Below are positions 39,287 to 48,843 of a stretch of 64,000 bases of DNA, piece by piece. Every line of letters starts with the position of its first letter. The first letter of the stretch is position 1. The translations under genes and the position numbers were made by a program. Source of the DNA: an uncultured Arcobacteraceae bacterium (GTDB taxonomy: Bacteria; Campylobacterota; Campylobacteria; Campylobacterales; Arcobacteraceae); assembly GCA_964022095.1 (NCBI GenBank), contig CAXHZO010000006.1, forward strand, positions 1-64,000, in the 5' to 3' direction. The notes beneath the pieces were generated by a model. That model did no database searches and was not told the origin of the DNA. It was given only the letters and a program-made list of their open reading frames with translations.

Positions 39287-41275
39287 ATGAATGAAAATAT
39301 TAGCGAATATATCAAGGTTTTAACTACAGATGAAATGAATCTAAATGATTCAACTGTCAAATCACTATTTTTTGAAGATAAGGCACCAAGATTAGTACTT
39401 GGTTTTGTTTCTCCACATATTAATTTTGATTCAACAGCAAGAAAAATAAAATCTATGTTTCCTAATGATACAAAAGTGATACTTACTACAACGGCAGGTG
39501 AATTGTGTTCTTTTGATTTAGAACAAAAAAGAGAATCTTTGTATTTAGATGCAAGTTCTACATGGAATAATATAATTCTTCAAGGTTTTAGTTTTGATAT
39601 GATAGAAGATATTGAGATACTTTCCATTCCATTATTTAGTGAAAATATAACAGAACAAACAATATCTCACCAAGAGAGAATCAACAAAATTAAAAATGAA
39701 ATTGATAGAGTTCAAGTTCCTTTTAACTTTAATCATGAAAATACATTTGCATTAACTATTGTAGATGGTTTATCAAATAGTGAAAGTTTCTTAACAGAAG
39801 CTATATATGAAAGTGGTAAATTGCCATGTTTACTTGTTGGTGGAAGTGCTGGAGGTAAATTTGATTTTAAAGATACATATATTTTTAATGATTCTCAAAC
39901 AGTAAGACATAAAGCTATTATTGCTTTAGTAAAACTAAAATCAAATATCAGATATGGAGTATTTAAATCTCAAAGTGTTGAAAAAACAAATATTTCTTAT
40001 TTGATTGCTCAATCAAATTTACTAAATAGAAGTGTTCAAAGTGTTTTAGATGAATCTTCAAATAGTATTCAAAACTTTGTTGATGTTTTATGTAGCCAAT
40101 TTAGATGTAATCTTGAAGATTTAGCTACAGTTTTAGCTGATTATACTTTTGCGATTGAAGTTGATGGTGAATTATTTATTAGATCAATTGCAAATATTGA
40201 TACTGAAAATAAATCAATTTCATTTTTCTGTGATATATCTTTTGGGGATGTTTTACATTTAGTAAAAAATAAAGATTTTGTTGCTCAAACAGATGCAGAT
40301 TTCAGAAAGTTTAATTCAGGTAAACCAAGCGCTCCAATTGGAGGGATATTAAATGATTGTATTTTAAGAAGATTGTTAAATACAAATAGCTTAAATTCAT
40401 TAAAAACATTTAGTGATATCCCAGTTGCTGGATTCTCTACTTTTGGAGAGTTATTAGGATTAAATATCAATCAAACTTTAACTGCACTATTCTTTTATGA
40501 AGTTGCAGAAAATGAATCATTCCATGATGAATATGTAGATGGATTTGTACATAAATATTCTAATTTTAGTAAATATTTTACTCAAAGAGAGATTCATAAA
40601 TATCAACTAATAGCAAGAGTTAGATCAGCAGTATTAGATTCTTTAAAAGGTGCATTCCCACTAATTAAAGATATGGTAAATATTTTAAATCATGTTTATC
40701 ATGATACAACTGAAGGGAATAAAATTATTGTTGATGTAACAACAAAGTTTGAGAAGTTTGTACAAGATATTATGGGAAATGTAGAAATAAATACTTCTTT
40801 AGTTGGAGATATGGAAGACTTAACTAAGAATGCTTCTGAAATTAAAACTGTACTATCATCAATTTCAGGTATTGCAATTCAAACTAACTTATTAGCACTA
40901 AATGCAGCAATTGAAGCTTCAAGAGCTGGAGAGTTTGGTAATGGATTTAAAGTTGTTGCCGATGAGGTTAAAAAACTTGCTGCAAAAACTCAAACAAGTT
41001 TAACTGAAAGTAATCATTCTGTAGATGTTACTATTAAAAATATTGATACAATTTCTCAAGATATTACTAGTTCAAGTCAAAAATTAGAAACAGTTTCAAA
41101 TGATATGAAAATTATTAATGAATCTATTGAAAAAATCTATAACTCTTCTAAAGAGAGTAATAATTATATTGAAAACAAAAAAGTTAGTTTTGACCAGTTA
41201 ATTGAGAGTATTGATCATATTGAAAGAATACATAATCAATTAGAATTATTAAAAGAAAACTTTTCTAGAGATTAA
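39287..41275 (+). CDS. Soluble chemoreceptor: FIST_N/FIST_C sensor plus MCP signalling domain
   Basis: TTAGE, DGLS, GGSAG, DCILR, GFSTFGE (FIST); [18 protein letters not shown] (MCP); no TM segment. Confidence 0.9.
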   Translation: MNENISEYIKVLTTDEMNLNDSTVKSLFFEDKAPRLVLGFVSPHINFDSTARKIKSMFPNDTKVILTTTAGELCSFDLEQKRESLYLDASSTWNNIILQGFSFDMIEDIEILSIPLFSENITEQTISHQERINKIKNEIDRVQVPFNFNHENTFALTIVDGLSNSESFLTEAIYESGKLPCLLVGGSAGGKFDFKDTYIFNDSQTVRHKAIIALVKLKSNIRYGVFKSQSVEKTNISYLIAQSNLLNRSVQSVLDESSNSIQNFVDVLCSQFRCNLEDLATVLADYTFAIEVDGELFIRSIANIDTENKSISFFCDISFGDVLHLVKNKDFVAQTDADFRKFNSGKPSAPIGGILNDCILRRLLNTNSLNSLKTFSDIPVAGFSTFGELLGLNINQTLTALFFYEVAENESFHDEYVDGFVHKYSNFSKYFTQREIHKYQLIARVRSAVLDSLKGAFPLIKDMVNILNHVYHDTTEGNKIIVDVTTKFEKFVQDIMGNVEINTSLVGDMEDLTKNASEIKTVLSSISGIAIQTNLLALNAAIEASRAGEFGNGFKVVADEVKKLAAKTQTSLTESNHSVDVTIKNIDTISQDITSSSQKLETVSNDMKIINESIEKIYNSSKESNNYIENKKVSFDQLIESIDHIERIHNQLELLKENFSRD

Positions 41276-42084
41276 TTCTCTAGAAGTTCATTATAAATAT
41301 CTTTTACTTTTCTTCCTGTCATTTTAGAAAGTAGTTTTGCTTTTACTTTGGGAGCTAAATCTAAAGATTCAATATCTTTTAGATTTAGATTTTGGCCTTC
41401 TGTTTTTAGTGGTTCTATTACTACAACCCATTCACCTCTTATATTTTCACTCTTAAATTGTTCATAAAGGTTTTTTGAACTATCTTTAAAAGTTGCTTGG
41501 TGAAGTTTTGATATCTCTTTTACTAAAAATATTGTTCTATTTTCATCAGCTTTTGCTAATTCTTCTAAAAGTTTTAGAAGTCTGTGCGGTGATTCATATA
41601 AAATTGCTAATTTATTATCGTTTAAAATCTCTTGTAATTTTGATGTTCTCTCAGCACCTTTGTGAGCTAAAAAACCATAAAATGAAAAAGTAGTATGGGT
41701 AAATCCACTCATTGCATATGCTGTTAAAACGGCATTTGCTCCTGGTATTACATCATAGTTAATTTCGTTTTTTATACAAAAATCAACAAGTGTTGCGCCT
41801 GGATCACTAACACAAGGCATTCCTGCGTCACTTACATAAACAACATTTTTAGAAAAAGTATCTTTGTCTAAAGTTTTTAATATTTGATTTTCATTGTGTG
41901 AATGAAATGATTTGTATTCTTTATTTGAAAAGTCTAGGTTATATCTTTGAGATAGTAAATTTAGAAGTTTTTTTGTGACTCTTGTATCTTCACAAAATAT
42001 TAGTTCTGACTCCAGTAGTGCATCTAAACTTCTCTTTGAAGTGTCGTCTAGATTTCCTATTGGAGTTGGAACTAAAGTAAGCAC
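41272..42084 (-). CDS. rsmI: 16S rRNA C1402 2'-O-methyltransferase
   Basis: [30 protein letters not shown]. Confidence 0.95.
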   Translation of the reverse strand: MLTLVPTPIGNLDDTSKRSLDALLESELIFCEDTRVTKKLLNLLSQRYNLDFSNKEYKSFHSHNENQILKTLDKDTFSKNVVYVSDAGMPCVSDPGATLVDFCIKNEINYDVIPGANAVLTAYAMSGFTHTTFSFYGFLAHKGAERTSKLQEILNDNKLAILYESPHRLLKLLEELAKADENRTIFLVKEISKLHQATFKDSSKNLYEQFKSENIRGEWVVVIEPLKTEGQNLNLKDIESLDLAPKVKAKLLSKMTGRKVKDIYNELLEN

Positions 42085-42098
42085 TTTTAAGTATTAAC

Positions 42099-42299
42099 TT
42101 ATTTTTGTGCGTATTTAGCTTTGAATTTCTCAACTCTACCAGCAGCATCAACAATTTTTTGCTCACCAGTAAAGAATGGGTGACAAGCATTACAAATGTC
42201 AATTCTCATTGTTTCAACATTTGATTTTGTTTCGAACGAGTTACCACAAGCACAAGAAACAGTACAAGCTTTGTAATCTGGGTGTATATCTTTTTTCAC
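42099..42299 (-). CDS. rpmE: 50S ribosomal protein L31 (zinc-binding type), 66 aa
   Basis: GTG start after [24 protein letters not shown]. Confidence 0.95.
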   Translation of the reverse strand: MKKDIHPDYKACTVSCACGNSFETKSNVETMRIDICNACHPFFTGEQKIVDAAGRVEKFKAKYAQK

Positions 42300-42386
42300 G
42301 CCATATTCCTTAATATAATTAATGTAAAATAAAAGGTCAAGTCTGTGCATGCCCTTTATTAAACTCTTTTGGAAACGGGATTATAT

Positions 42387-43256
42387 CTAAAAAAACTTAA
42401 GAATCTCTGAATTTAAGTTTTTTATAATATTTGAAGTTTTATTTTGAAATTGACCTTTATTAAAAGTGTTTTGTCTTTTGGCTAGTTTTGAAGTATTTAG
42501 TGCAATTTTTTCTTCAAGAATCTCTTTTGATATTTTGCCATCTAAGTACTCAAGTGTTTCTACAATACCAATAGAGCTCATGCAATTGGGTTTCCTTGTA
42601 TATTTTGATTCAAGATTTATTACTTCATCAATAATACCTTCTTCAATCATCTGTTTTGTTCTAAGTTTAATTCTTTGTCTTAACTCTTCTTTTTCCCATA
42701 AAATTTCAAAAATTTTCAAATCTTTTGCAACTGGAATTTTTTGGTTTTCTTCAAAGTATTGACTTGGTGTTTTATTTGTAACTTTAAATATTTCATAGGC
42801 TTTTTGAATTCTATATGTGTCATTTCTTTTTATATTTTCCATATAAGTTTTATCTAAATTATAAAGTAAATCATATGCTTCTTCTTTTGGAATATCTAAA
42901 GGAAATTTCTTTTTTATACCTTGTGATAAGCCATCAGTTAAGGCCTTTAGATAAAAGCTTGTACCACCTACTATAATTAAATTCTTATTATTATTTTGTG
43001 CAAATTGTTTTGCTTGTTTATATAGATTTATAAATTGTGTTACATCAAATTCATTATTTGGATATACAACATCAATCCCAAAATGAATAATATCTCCTCT
43101 TTCCTCTTTTGTAGGTTTTGCAGATGCTATATCAATCTCTTTGTAAACTGATAAAGAATCAAGGGATAATATAATTGAATTTGTTTTTTGTGCTATTTCT
43201 ATAGATAAAGCTGTTTTGCCTGAAGCTGTTGAGCCTATTATTGCGATTTCTTTCAT
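42387..43256 (-). CDS. miaA: tRNA dimethylallyltransferase
   Basis: GSTASGKT, DSLSVYK, VGGTSFY, LAKRQ. Confidence 0.95.
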   Translation of the reverse strand: MKEIAIIGSTASGKTALSIEIAQKTNSIILSLDSLSVYKEIDIASAKPTKEERGDIIHFGIDVVYPNNEFDVTQFINLYKQAKQFAQNNNKNLIIVGGTSFYLKALTDGLSQGIKKKFPLDIPKEEAYDLLYNLDKTYMENIKRNDTYRIQKAYEIFKVTNKTPSQYFEENQKIPVAKDLKIFEILWEKEELRQRIKLRTKQMIEEGIIDEVINLESKYTRKPNCMSSIGIVETLEYLDGKISKEILEEKIALNTSKLAKRQNTFNKGQFQNKTSNIIKNLNSEILKFF

Positions 43257-43291
43257 AGAGATATTTTATCTAAGAAATAGTGAAATAGTTC

Positions 43292-43495
43292 TTATTTTGA
43301 AAGGTTTTGTTTTTTACAATCTTCTAGTTCTCTAGTAAGGTTGTTTATCTCTTTTTCTTTTTGAATTAAAGTTTTTAGTAGTTGAGAAATATCTTGAGTA
43401 TTAGAATCAATCATATCTGTTTGTGATTTTGAGCTACATCCTGTAAATAAAATGGCCATAAATATTGTAATTGTTGTAATTTTTAGTATTTTCAT
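43292..43495 (-). CDS. Small coiled-coil lipoprotein
   Basis: Lipobox LFTGC; heptad-rich tail. Confidence 0.7.
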   Translation of the reverse strand: MKILKITTITIFMAILFTGCSSKSQTDMIDSNTQDISQLLKTLIQKEKEINNLTRELEDCKKQNLSK

Positions 43496-43520
43496 TGTCT
43501 TTCTAATGTATGAGATAGTT

Positions 43521-43552
43521 AAACAAAGAAGTGATTAAACACTTCTTTGTTT
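43521..43552 (-). terminator. Hairpin downstream of repeat lipoprotein
   Basis: aaacaaagaagtg-attaaa-cacttctttgttt. Confidence 0.65.
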
Positions 43553-43563
43553 TGGAAAAGATA

Positions 43564-44790
43564 TTATAGTCCTAAAGACTTTAATGTTTCTAAAGTTAAA
43601 GCACCTTGGTTTAACTTTTTGTCTTTTTGGTATGCATTAACTGCAGCTTTTGTTTCAGGTCCATATACACCATCAATTTTTGTAATGTTGTATTTTTTAG
43701 CTTTTAAAGCTGATTGTAAGTTAGAAATAACATTTGCAGTTGTATTAGTTTCACATAAGATTGGTTGCCATCTTAAGTAAGACTCAGCAGTTTTAACTTT
43801 TGTTGGAACCATAGTATATACAGCTGGAACTTCAGTTTTAACTTCTTTTGCAGGAGTTGCGATTTCTCTTGTTTTTACAATTTTGCAAACTGCAGGAATT
43901 TTAACTTCTTTAGTAGTAGCTGGAGTTGCTACAACTTGTTTAGTTACTGTTTTATATACAGCTGGAGTTACAACTTTTTTAGTTGTTGGAGGAGTAGCAA
44001 CTACTCTTCTAGTAACAGTTTTGTAAACAGCTGGAGTTTTAATTTCTTTAGTTGATGCAGGAGTTGCAATAACTTTTTTAGTAACAGTTTTGTAAACAGC
44101 TGGTACTTCAACTAAACACATGATATCACCTGTAGAGTTGTTAACTTTTTCAATTTCACCTCTACCTTTTTTCCAAGTTGTGTATGCATCACTGATTTTG
44201 ATTTTTTCAGTTACAGTTTTATATGTAGCTGGCATAGTAACTAATTTAGTTTTTTCTGGCTCAACCATAATTTTTTCAGAAACAGTTTTGTAAGTAGCTG
44301 GAACTGGAATTAATTTTGTTGCTTGAGGTTTTACTAAAATCTTTTCAGTAATTGTTTTGTATGTTTCAGGAACTTCAACTAATTTTGTTGATTCTTCTCT
44401 TAAAGTTACTTTCTTTTCAACTAATTTGTAAGTTGCAGGAATGATTTTAATGTCTTGTTTTGACTCTTTAACTAATTTTTTGATCATTTTAGTTTCATAT
44501 TGTTCAGGAACTAAAACTTTCGCATAACACTCACCAGCTTTTGCATTTGGTGGAACTAATGAGTTAGCTACAGCATTACCATCTTTTGATTCTGCGTTCA
44601 TTGCATTAATTGAGTTTAATGCTTTTGTTTTGTCTGCCTCTAATTGTGAGATTTGAGCATCTTTAGCCTCTAATGCTTTTTGTAAATCTGCAACAGAGCT
44701 AGATACAACTTCTTCTTTTGAAGAACAACCACTCATACCAATAATTGCAGCAGCCGCAAGAATTGCTGAATTTCTTAAATATTTAGTCAT
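43564..44790 (-). CDS. Lipoprotein with about ten 23-aa PAxYKTV repeats and a C-terminal peptidoglycan-binding domain
   Basis: Lipobox MSGC; repeats visible in translation; LQSAL...IDGVYGPETKAAVNAYQ PG-binding motif. Confidence 0.85.
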   Translation of the reverse strand: MTKYLRNSAILAAAAIIGMSGCSSKEEVVSSSVADLQKALEAKDAQISQLEADKTKALNSINAMNAESKDGNAVANSLVPPNAKAGECYAKVLVPEQYETKMIKKLVKESKQDIKIIPATYKLVEKKVTLREESTKLVEVPETYKTITEKILVKPQATKLIPVPATYKTVSEKIMVEPEKTKLVTMPATYKTVTEKIKISDAYTTWKKGRGEIEKVNNSTGDIMCLVEVPAVYKTVTKKVIATPASTKEIKTPAVYKTVTRRVVATPPTTKKVVTPAVYKTVTKQVVATPATTKEVKIPAVCKIVKTREIATPAKEVKTEVPAVYTMVPTKVKTAESYLRWQPILCETNTTANVISNLQSALKAKKYNITKIDGVYGPETKAAVNAYQKDKKLNQGALTLETLKSLGL

Positions 44791-44912
44791 AATGTTTCCT
44801 TTAAAATTTATGTTATCGATGCTATAATATCAAAATAATCATAAAGCTCACTTTAAAATAATAAATCTTGTGATATAATTATTCAAACACAATAAAACTT
44901 AAGGAGACAAAT

Positions 44913-45392
44913 TTGAAAAAATTAGTATTATCAACAGTATTAGGATTAACTGCAAGTGTTGCATTAAACGCAGCAGATTGTATTATGGTAAAAGAATTAA
45001 ATGTAGAGTTTAAAAATGCTTCTACTGTATACGCAAACAGTGCAGAATATCAAGAAGTTAAAGATTATGCAAACTTTTTAAAGCAAACAGGTTTATATGC
45101 ATTAATTGAAGGGCATACAAGTTCTTTATCAGGTGCAAAATACAATTATGATTTATCTACAAAAAGAGCTGCAAAAGTAAGATCTACATTAGTTTCTTTA
45201 GGTGTTAATCCATCTCAAGTAAAATCAATGGGTTATGGTGAATCAACTCCTTTATATAATAACAACACTGCTGAAGGTGAAGCTAAAAATAGAAGAGTAA
45301 GAGGAGAAGTATTTAATAGTGCTTCTGAATTAAGTACTTACATCTCTTCAGAAAAAAATAGAATCTCTTCAATCAAATTCCAAGAACAATAA
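44913..45392 (+). CDS. Exported OmpA-C-like peptidoglycan-binding protein
   Basis: IEGHT, YNYDLSTKRA, GYGESTP, KNRRV. Confidence 0.9.
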   Translation: MKKLVLSTVLGLTASVALNAADCIMVKELNVEFKNASTVYANSAEYQEVKDYANFLKQTGLYALIEGHTSSLSGAKYNYDLSTKRAAKVRSTLVSLGVNPSQVKSMGYGESTPLYNNNTAEGEAKNRRVRGEVFNSASELSTYISSEKNRISSIKFQEQ

Positions 45393-45397
45393 TTAAT

Positions 45398-45423
45398 TAA
45401 GTAAAGAGGGAACTCTTTACTTA
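45398..45423 (+). terminator. Intrinsic terminator
   Basis: taagtaaagag-ggaa-ctctttactta followed by a T run. Confidence 0.75.
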
Positions 45424-45444
45424 TTTTTTGATACAATCCAAATT

Positions 45445-46305
45445 ATGGATAAATTGTTAAAAAAATTAAACGACTTTAATGAACTAGTAATGTTCAAACA
45501 CTCTATTTTTTCTCTACCTTTTATATTTATTGCAATGATAGTTGCAGCTGATGGTTGGTTTGGATTTTCTTTACTTATATTAGGTATTTTAGCTGCATTA
45601 ACTGCACGAAATTTTGCAATGGGATTTAATAGATATTTAGATAGAGACATTGATGCTTTAAACCCAAGAACTGCTTCTCGACCAAATGTAGATGGTAGAT
45701 TAAGTGCAAATCAAATATTGATATTTACTTTAGCTAATGGCTTAGGATTTATTTTTGTTGCATATTTTGTAAATGATTTAGCTTTATTGCTTTCATTACC
45801 TATATTAATAGTTATTGGTTCTTACTCATATTTTAAGAGATTTTCATTTCTCGCTCATTTAATATTAGGTGTTTCTTTAGGACTTGCTCCAATTGCTGGG
45901 GTAGTTGCTGTTAGTGAAACTATAACTTTATGGTCAGTATTATTAAGTATTGGTGTAATGTTTTGGGTTGCTGGATTTGATTTATTATATTCACTTCAAG
46001 ATATAGATGTAGATAAAGAGTTAGGTTTACACTCTATTCCTTCAAAGTTTGGTGCAAAAAATACAATGAATATCTCAAAGGTCTTTCATGTATTAACAGT
46101 ACTTTTTTGGTTACTTTTTGTAATTCAATCAAACGGAAGTATATTTTCATATTTAGCAATTATTATTAGTGCTGTGATGTTATCTTATGAACACTATTTA
46201 GTAAATAAAGATTTTAGAAAAATCGACAGAGCATTTTTTACAGTTAATGGATATTTAGGAATAGTATTCTTTTTCTTAATATTATTAGATACAATTTTTT
46301 ACTAA
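45445..46305 (+). CDS. mqnP: UbiA-family prenyltransferase (MqnP, futalosine pathway)
   Basis: HSIFSLPF, ARNFAMGFNR..D..ID..NPRT..RP, GFDLLYSLQD, AFFTVNG. Confidence 0.85.
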   Translation: MDKLLKKLNDFNELVMFKHSIFSLPFIFIAMIVAADGWFGFSLLILGILAALTARNFAMGFNRYLDRDIDALNPRTASRPNVDGRLSANQILIFTLANGLGFIFVAYFVNDLALLLSLPILIVIGSYSYFKRFSFLAHLILGVSLGLAPIAGVVAVSETITLWSVLLSIGVMFWVAGFDLLYSLQDIDVDKELGLHSIPSKFGAKNTMNISKVFHVLTVLFWLLFVIQSNGSIFSYLAIIISAVMLSYEHYLVNKDFRKIDRAFFTVNGYLGIVFFFLILLDTIFY

Positions 46306-46343
46306 AAGTTTAAGTTAGTATTTGATAATATTCCAACTCTAAC

Positions 46344-46420
46344 GCGTCTATGGCTCAACTGGATAGAGCTCCCGGTTTCGGCCCGGGTGGTTGTGGGTTC
46401 GAATCCTACTAGGCGTGCCA
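46344..46420 (+). tRNA. tRNA-Arg (anticodon TCG)
   Basis: Acceptor GCGTCTA/TAGGCGT, D arm GCTC/GAGC, anticodon stem CCCGG/CCGGG with loop TTTCGGC, TTCGAAT, encoded CCA. Confidence 0.95.
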
Positions 46421-46657
46421 CTTATTTATAATCCAATCTTTATTAAACATTTATAAAAAATAGCTTAACTGTAAAATAAATAATTCTTATCATTAAATAA
46501 CACATTAATATTATTATTAGGTAAAAAAACTTATTAATCCCCATTTTAAAGTATATTAAAAAGTATAAAATGATCTGCTAGTTGCTTTTTTAAGTAAAAT
46601 AATCAAGTTATTAATTTAAATATAATTATGTATTAAGCTAATATTTATAATATTTTA

Positions 46658-46666
46658 TGCTATAAT
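46658..46666 (+). promoter_or_regulatory. Extended -10 promoter of the filament locus
   Basis: TGCTATAAT 40 nt before ATG 46707; AAGGA RBS. Confidence 0.6.
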
Positions 46667-46706
46667 AAATAAGCAAATAAATTCAAAATAGAGATAAAGG
46701 ATGTAA

Positions 46707-47261
46707 ATGCCTTATATAGTGGCTTCAATTATAGCAGCAGTATCTGCTATGATAATACTCTTTACAAGATATGAAGCTGATGATAGTGCAATTATGTCTC
46801 AAATTGAAAAGATGAAAACAATGCTTTCTATGGTAGATGGTTATGTTAATACATATATCGAATCAGGAGGAGCTTTAGCTGATATTAATTTTCAAGTATT
46901 AGATGATGCTGGTATTTTGATGAACGTAGGGACTGGACAGAGTAATACAAGATTAAATCCAAGTGATGATTCTGGTACTATTGAAACAACTATGCGTTTA
47001 CCAAATGATGATGTAATTTGGCATATAATTCCAAATAAAGCAGATACTAGCTCTTATAAGCTTTTAGTTAACATGAGTGGTGATTCTTCTTTGATGAGTA
47101 AAGCTATATTCTCTGAAGGATTTGTAGGTAGAGAGTATTGTGAAAAAATGTTATTTGGAGAACTGCAAAGAACTCAAAATCAGTTTGATGGTACAGATGA
47201 TTTTGAAGATGATTCAGGCTCAAATGACGATGGAATATTTGTTTGTGTTGTATATAAATAG
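46707..47261 (+). CDS. Pilin-like protein 1 (no class III leader)
   Basis: N-terminal hydrophobic helix, amphipathic helix, C-terminal Cys pair; heads a T4F locus. Confidence 0.6.
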   Translation: MPYIVASIIAAVSAMIILFTRYEADDSAIMSQIEKMKTMLSMVDGYVNTYIESGGALADINFQVLDDAGILMNVGTGQSNTRLNPSDDSGTIETTMRLPNDDVIWHIIPNKADTSSYKLLVNMSGDSSLMSKAIFSEGFVGREYCEKMLFGELQRTQNQFDGTDDFEDDSGSNDDGIFVCVVYK

Positions 47262-47272
47262 ATTTTCTTTGT

Positions 47273-47288
47273 TGTGATTTAAATCACA
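47273..47288. promoter_or_regulatory. Perfect CRP-type palindrome TGTGA-N6-TCACA
   Basis: TGTGATTTAAATCACA in the intergenic region before pilin-like gene 2. Confidence 0.5.
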
Positions 47289-47294
47289 TTTATG

Positions 47295-47310
47295 GGTAGG
47301 TAGGTAGGTA
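47295..47310 (+). repeat. (GGTA)4 simple sequence repeat
   Basis: ggtaggtaggtaggta in an otherwise AT-rich spacer. Confidence 0.8.
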
Positions 47311-47341
47311 TCAAAAAATTTAATATAAAAAGGGTCAAAAA

Positions 47342-48019
47342 ATGCCACAACTGATAGCAATGGTAATAGTAGTAGTTGGAGCTATGATATATATGTTCCA
47401 AACATTTGGTGGAACTGGTGATAAACTTGAAGGTGTTGCACAAAAATCAAGTATAATTACAGAAATTAATAATATAAAAGATGGGTTAATATATGCATCA
47501 GAAGCAGAACAAATAGCACAAACTGCAAGTGCTGCAACTGATACATTTAACACATTATCTGCTTTAGGTGGTTTAAAGTATTTTGATGAGCAAATTAATG
47601 AGCAAGTTGTAGATAATGCAAATGCTACTGATTATCCTACAACTAATGATGATAATGCTTATTATGGTATTTCTTTCGGTGGCCAAAATCCTGATAATCA
47701 AGGTGGAGTAGTTTTAAAACTAGTTTCAATTCAAAATATGGTTCCTGGAATATTTGTTGATTTATCAAGTGGAAATTTAAAAGATAATGCTCCATTTTTA
47801 GAAACACAAATAGCAAAAGACTTAGAGGTAATTGCATATATCGATAGAGGAGCACAAGATGAGACTGATGTTGGATCTACAGCTCAAGATACAACTAGCA
47901 CAACTGGAATACTTACAAGAATTCCTGCCGATAAAGATGCAGCAACTGATGCACAGAGAACTGACGGTAAATTTATTGTTTACTTCAAAGATTTTGGGCC
48001 AGATAAAATAGTTAAATAA
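47342..48019 (+). CDS. Pilin-like protein 2, candidate major subunit
   Basis: MPQLIAMVIVVVGAMIYMF hydrophobic helix then ITEINNIKDGL amphipathic helix; followed by two hairpins. Confidence 0.65.
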   Translation: MPQLIAMVIVVVGAMIYMFQTFGGTGDKLEGVAQKSSIITEINNIKDGLIYASEAEQIAQTASAATDTFNTLSALGGLKYFDEQINEQVVDNANATDYPTTNDDNAYYGISFGGQNPDNQGGVVLKLVSIQNMVPGIFVDLSSGNLKDNAPFLETQIAKDLEVIAYIDRGAQDETDVGSTAQDTTSTTGILTRIPADKDAATDAQRTDGKFIVYFKDFGPDKIVK

Positions 48020-48045
48020 TATTTAGGCTTTCGCCTAAATATTAT
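48016..48045 (+). terminator. Hairpin 1 after candidate major pilin
   Basis: ataatatttaggc-tttc-gcctaaatattat. Confidence 0.75.
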
Positions 48046-48061
48046 ATTCTTTATTTAAAAC

Positions 48062-48095
48062 AAAAACTAAGTGCTAAATATAGCATTTAGTTTTT
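48062..48095 (+). terminator. Hairpin 2 after candidate major pilin
   Basis: aaaaactaagtgcta-aata-tagcatttagttttt. Confidence 0.65.
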
Positions 48096-48117
48096 ATTTT
48101 TACGAAAGGTTTTATAA

Positions 48118-48843
48118 ATGTTCGCGGCAAATATATGGCTAACATCGGCACTTATTGTTACAGCTATATTCTCTGCATCAGCGATGTATAAATCTTATAG
48201 TGACCTAAATGAAGCAAAGCAAATTCAAGAGCACTTTGAAATAATCACTGATATTAAAATACTACTTGCAAAACAATACAATAAAAATCCAAATGAAATT
48301 ACAAGAGATGAAATAATAGCTTATCTACCAAAAGGTGGTAACTGGGATAAGGTTTTACTTTTAGATAGAAATAACGATAGTACATTAAGTGAAGACGAAC
48401 TTGTAAATGATGATGGACAAATAGAAATTGATGAAAATGAAAAAGTAAAACTTCTTGCATTAAAAGCTAAAATGAATAATTCTTTGGCAACTGCAAATAT
48501 GAGTGCAACAGATGGAAAATATACCTTTGATATAGCACACAATAAAAGTATAAAGCAAAAAGATAAAACCATAGAAGATAGTTTAAATAAAGCAATCTAC
48601 TATGCAATACAAGAAGCTATTTATGGCACGCAAACAGATTATACAACCTTATCAGCTGATATGGTAGATGATTTTATTCCTTTATCAGATATGTATCATG
48701 ATTTAAGTGATATAGGTTTAGTAGATGATGATGAAATAACAAAGAAAAAAATATATTTTAAAGCTTTATTAAAACAAAGATTAGAAAAGAGTCTTAATCC
48801 CCAAGAAGCAAAGCTTTATAAACTAATGAAAGATGAATTATGA
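48118..48843 (+). CDS. Pilin-like protein 3 (N-terminal TM helix)
   Basis: MFAANIWLTSALIVTAIFSASAMY then long amphipathic helix and YLPKG. Confidence 0.5.
   Translation: MFAANIWLTSALIVTAIFSASAMYKSYSDLNEAKQIQEHFEIITDIKILLAKQYNKNPNEITRDEIIAYLPKGGNWDKVLLLDRNNDSTLSEDELVNDDGQIEIDENEKVKLLALKAKMNNSLATANMSATDGKYTFDIAHNKSIKQKDKTIEDSLNKAIYYAIQEAIYGTQTDYTTLSADMVDDFIPLSDMYHDLSDIGLVDDDEITKKKIYFKALLKQRLEKSLNPQEAKLYKLMKDEL

Noticed and set aside
42300-42350. 17-aa N-terminal extension of L31 in the ORF track
   Set aside because: GTG at 42299 has an AAGGA RBS and gives the normal KKDIHP start
46421-46706. Prophage or ICE attachment at tRNA-Arg
   Set aside because: No integrase, phage or conjugation genes and no visible duplicate of the tRNA 3' end in the window
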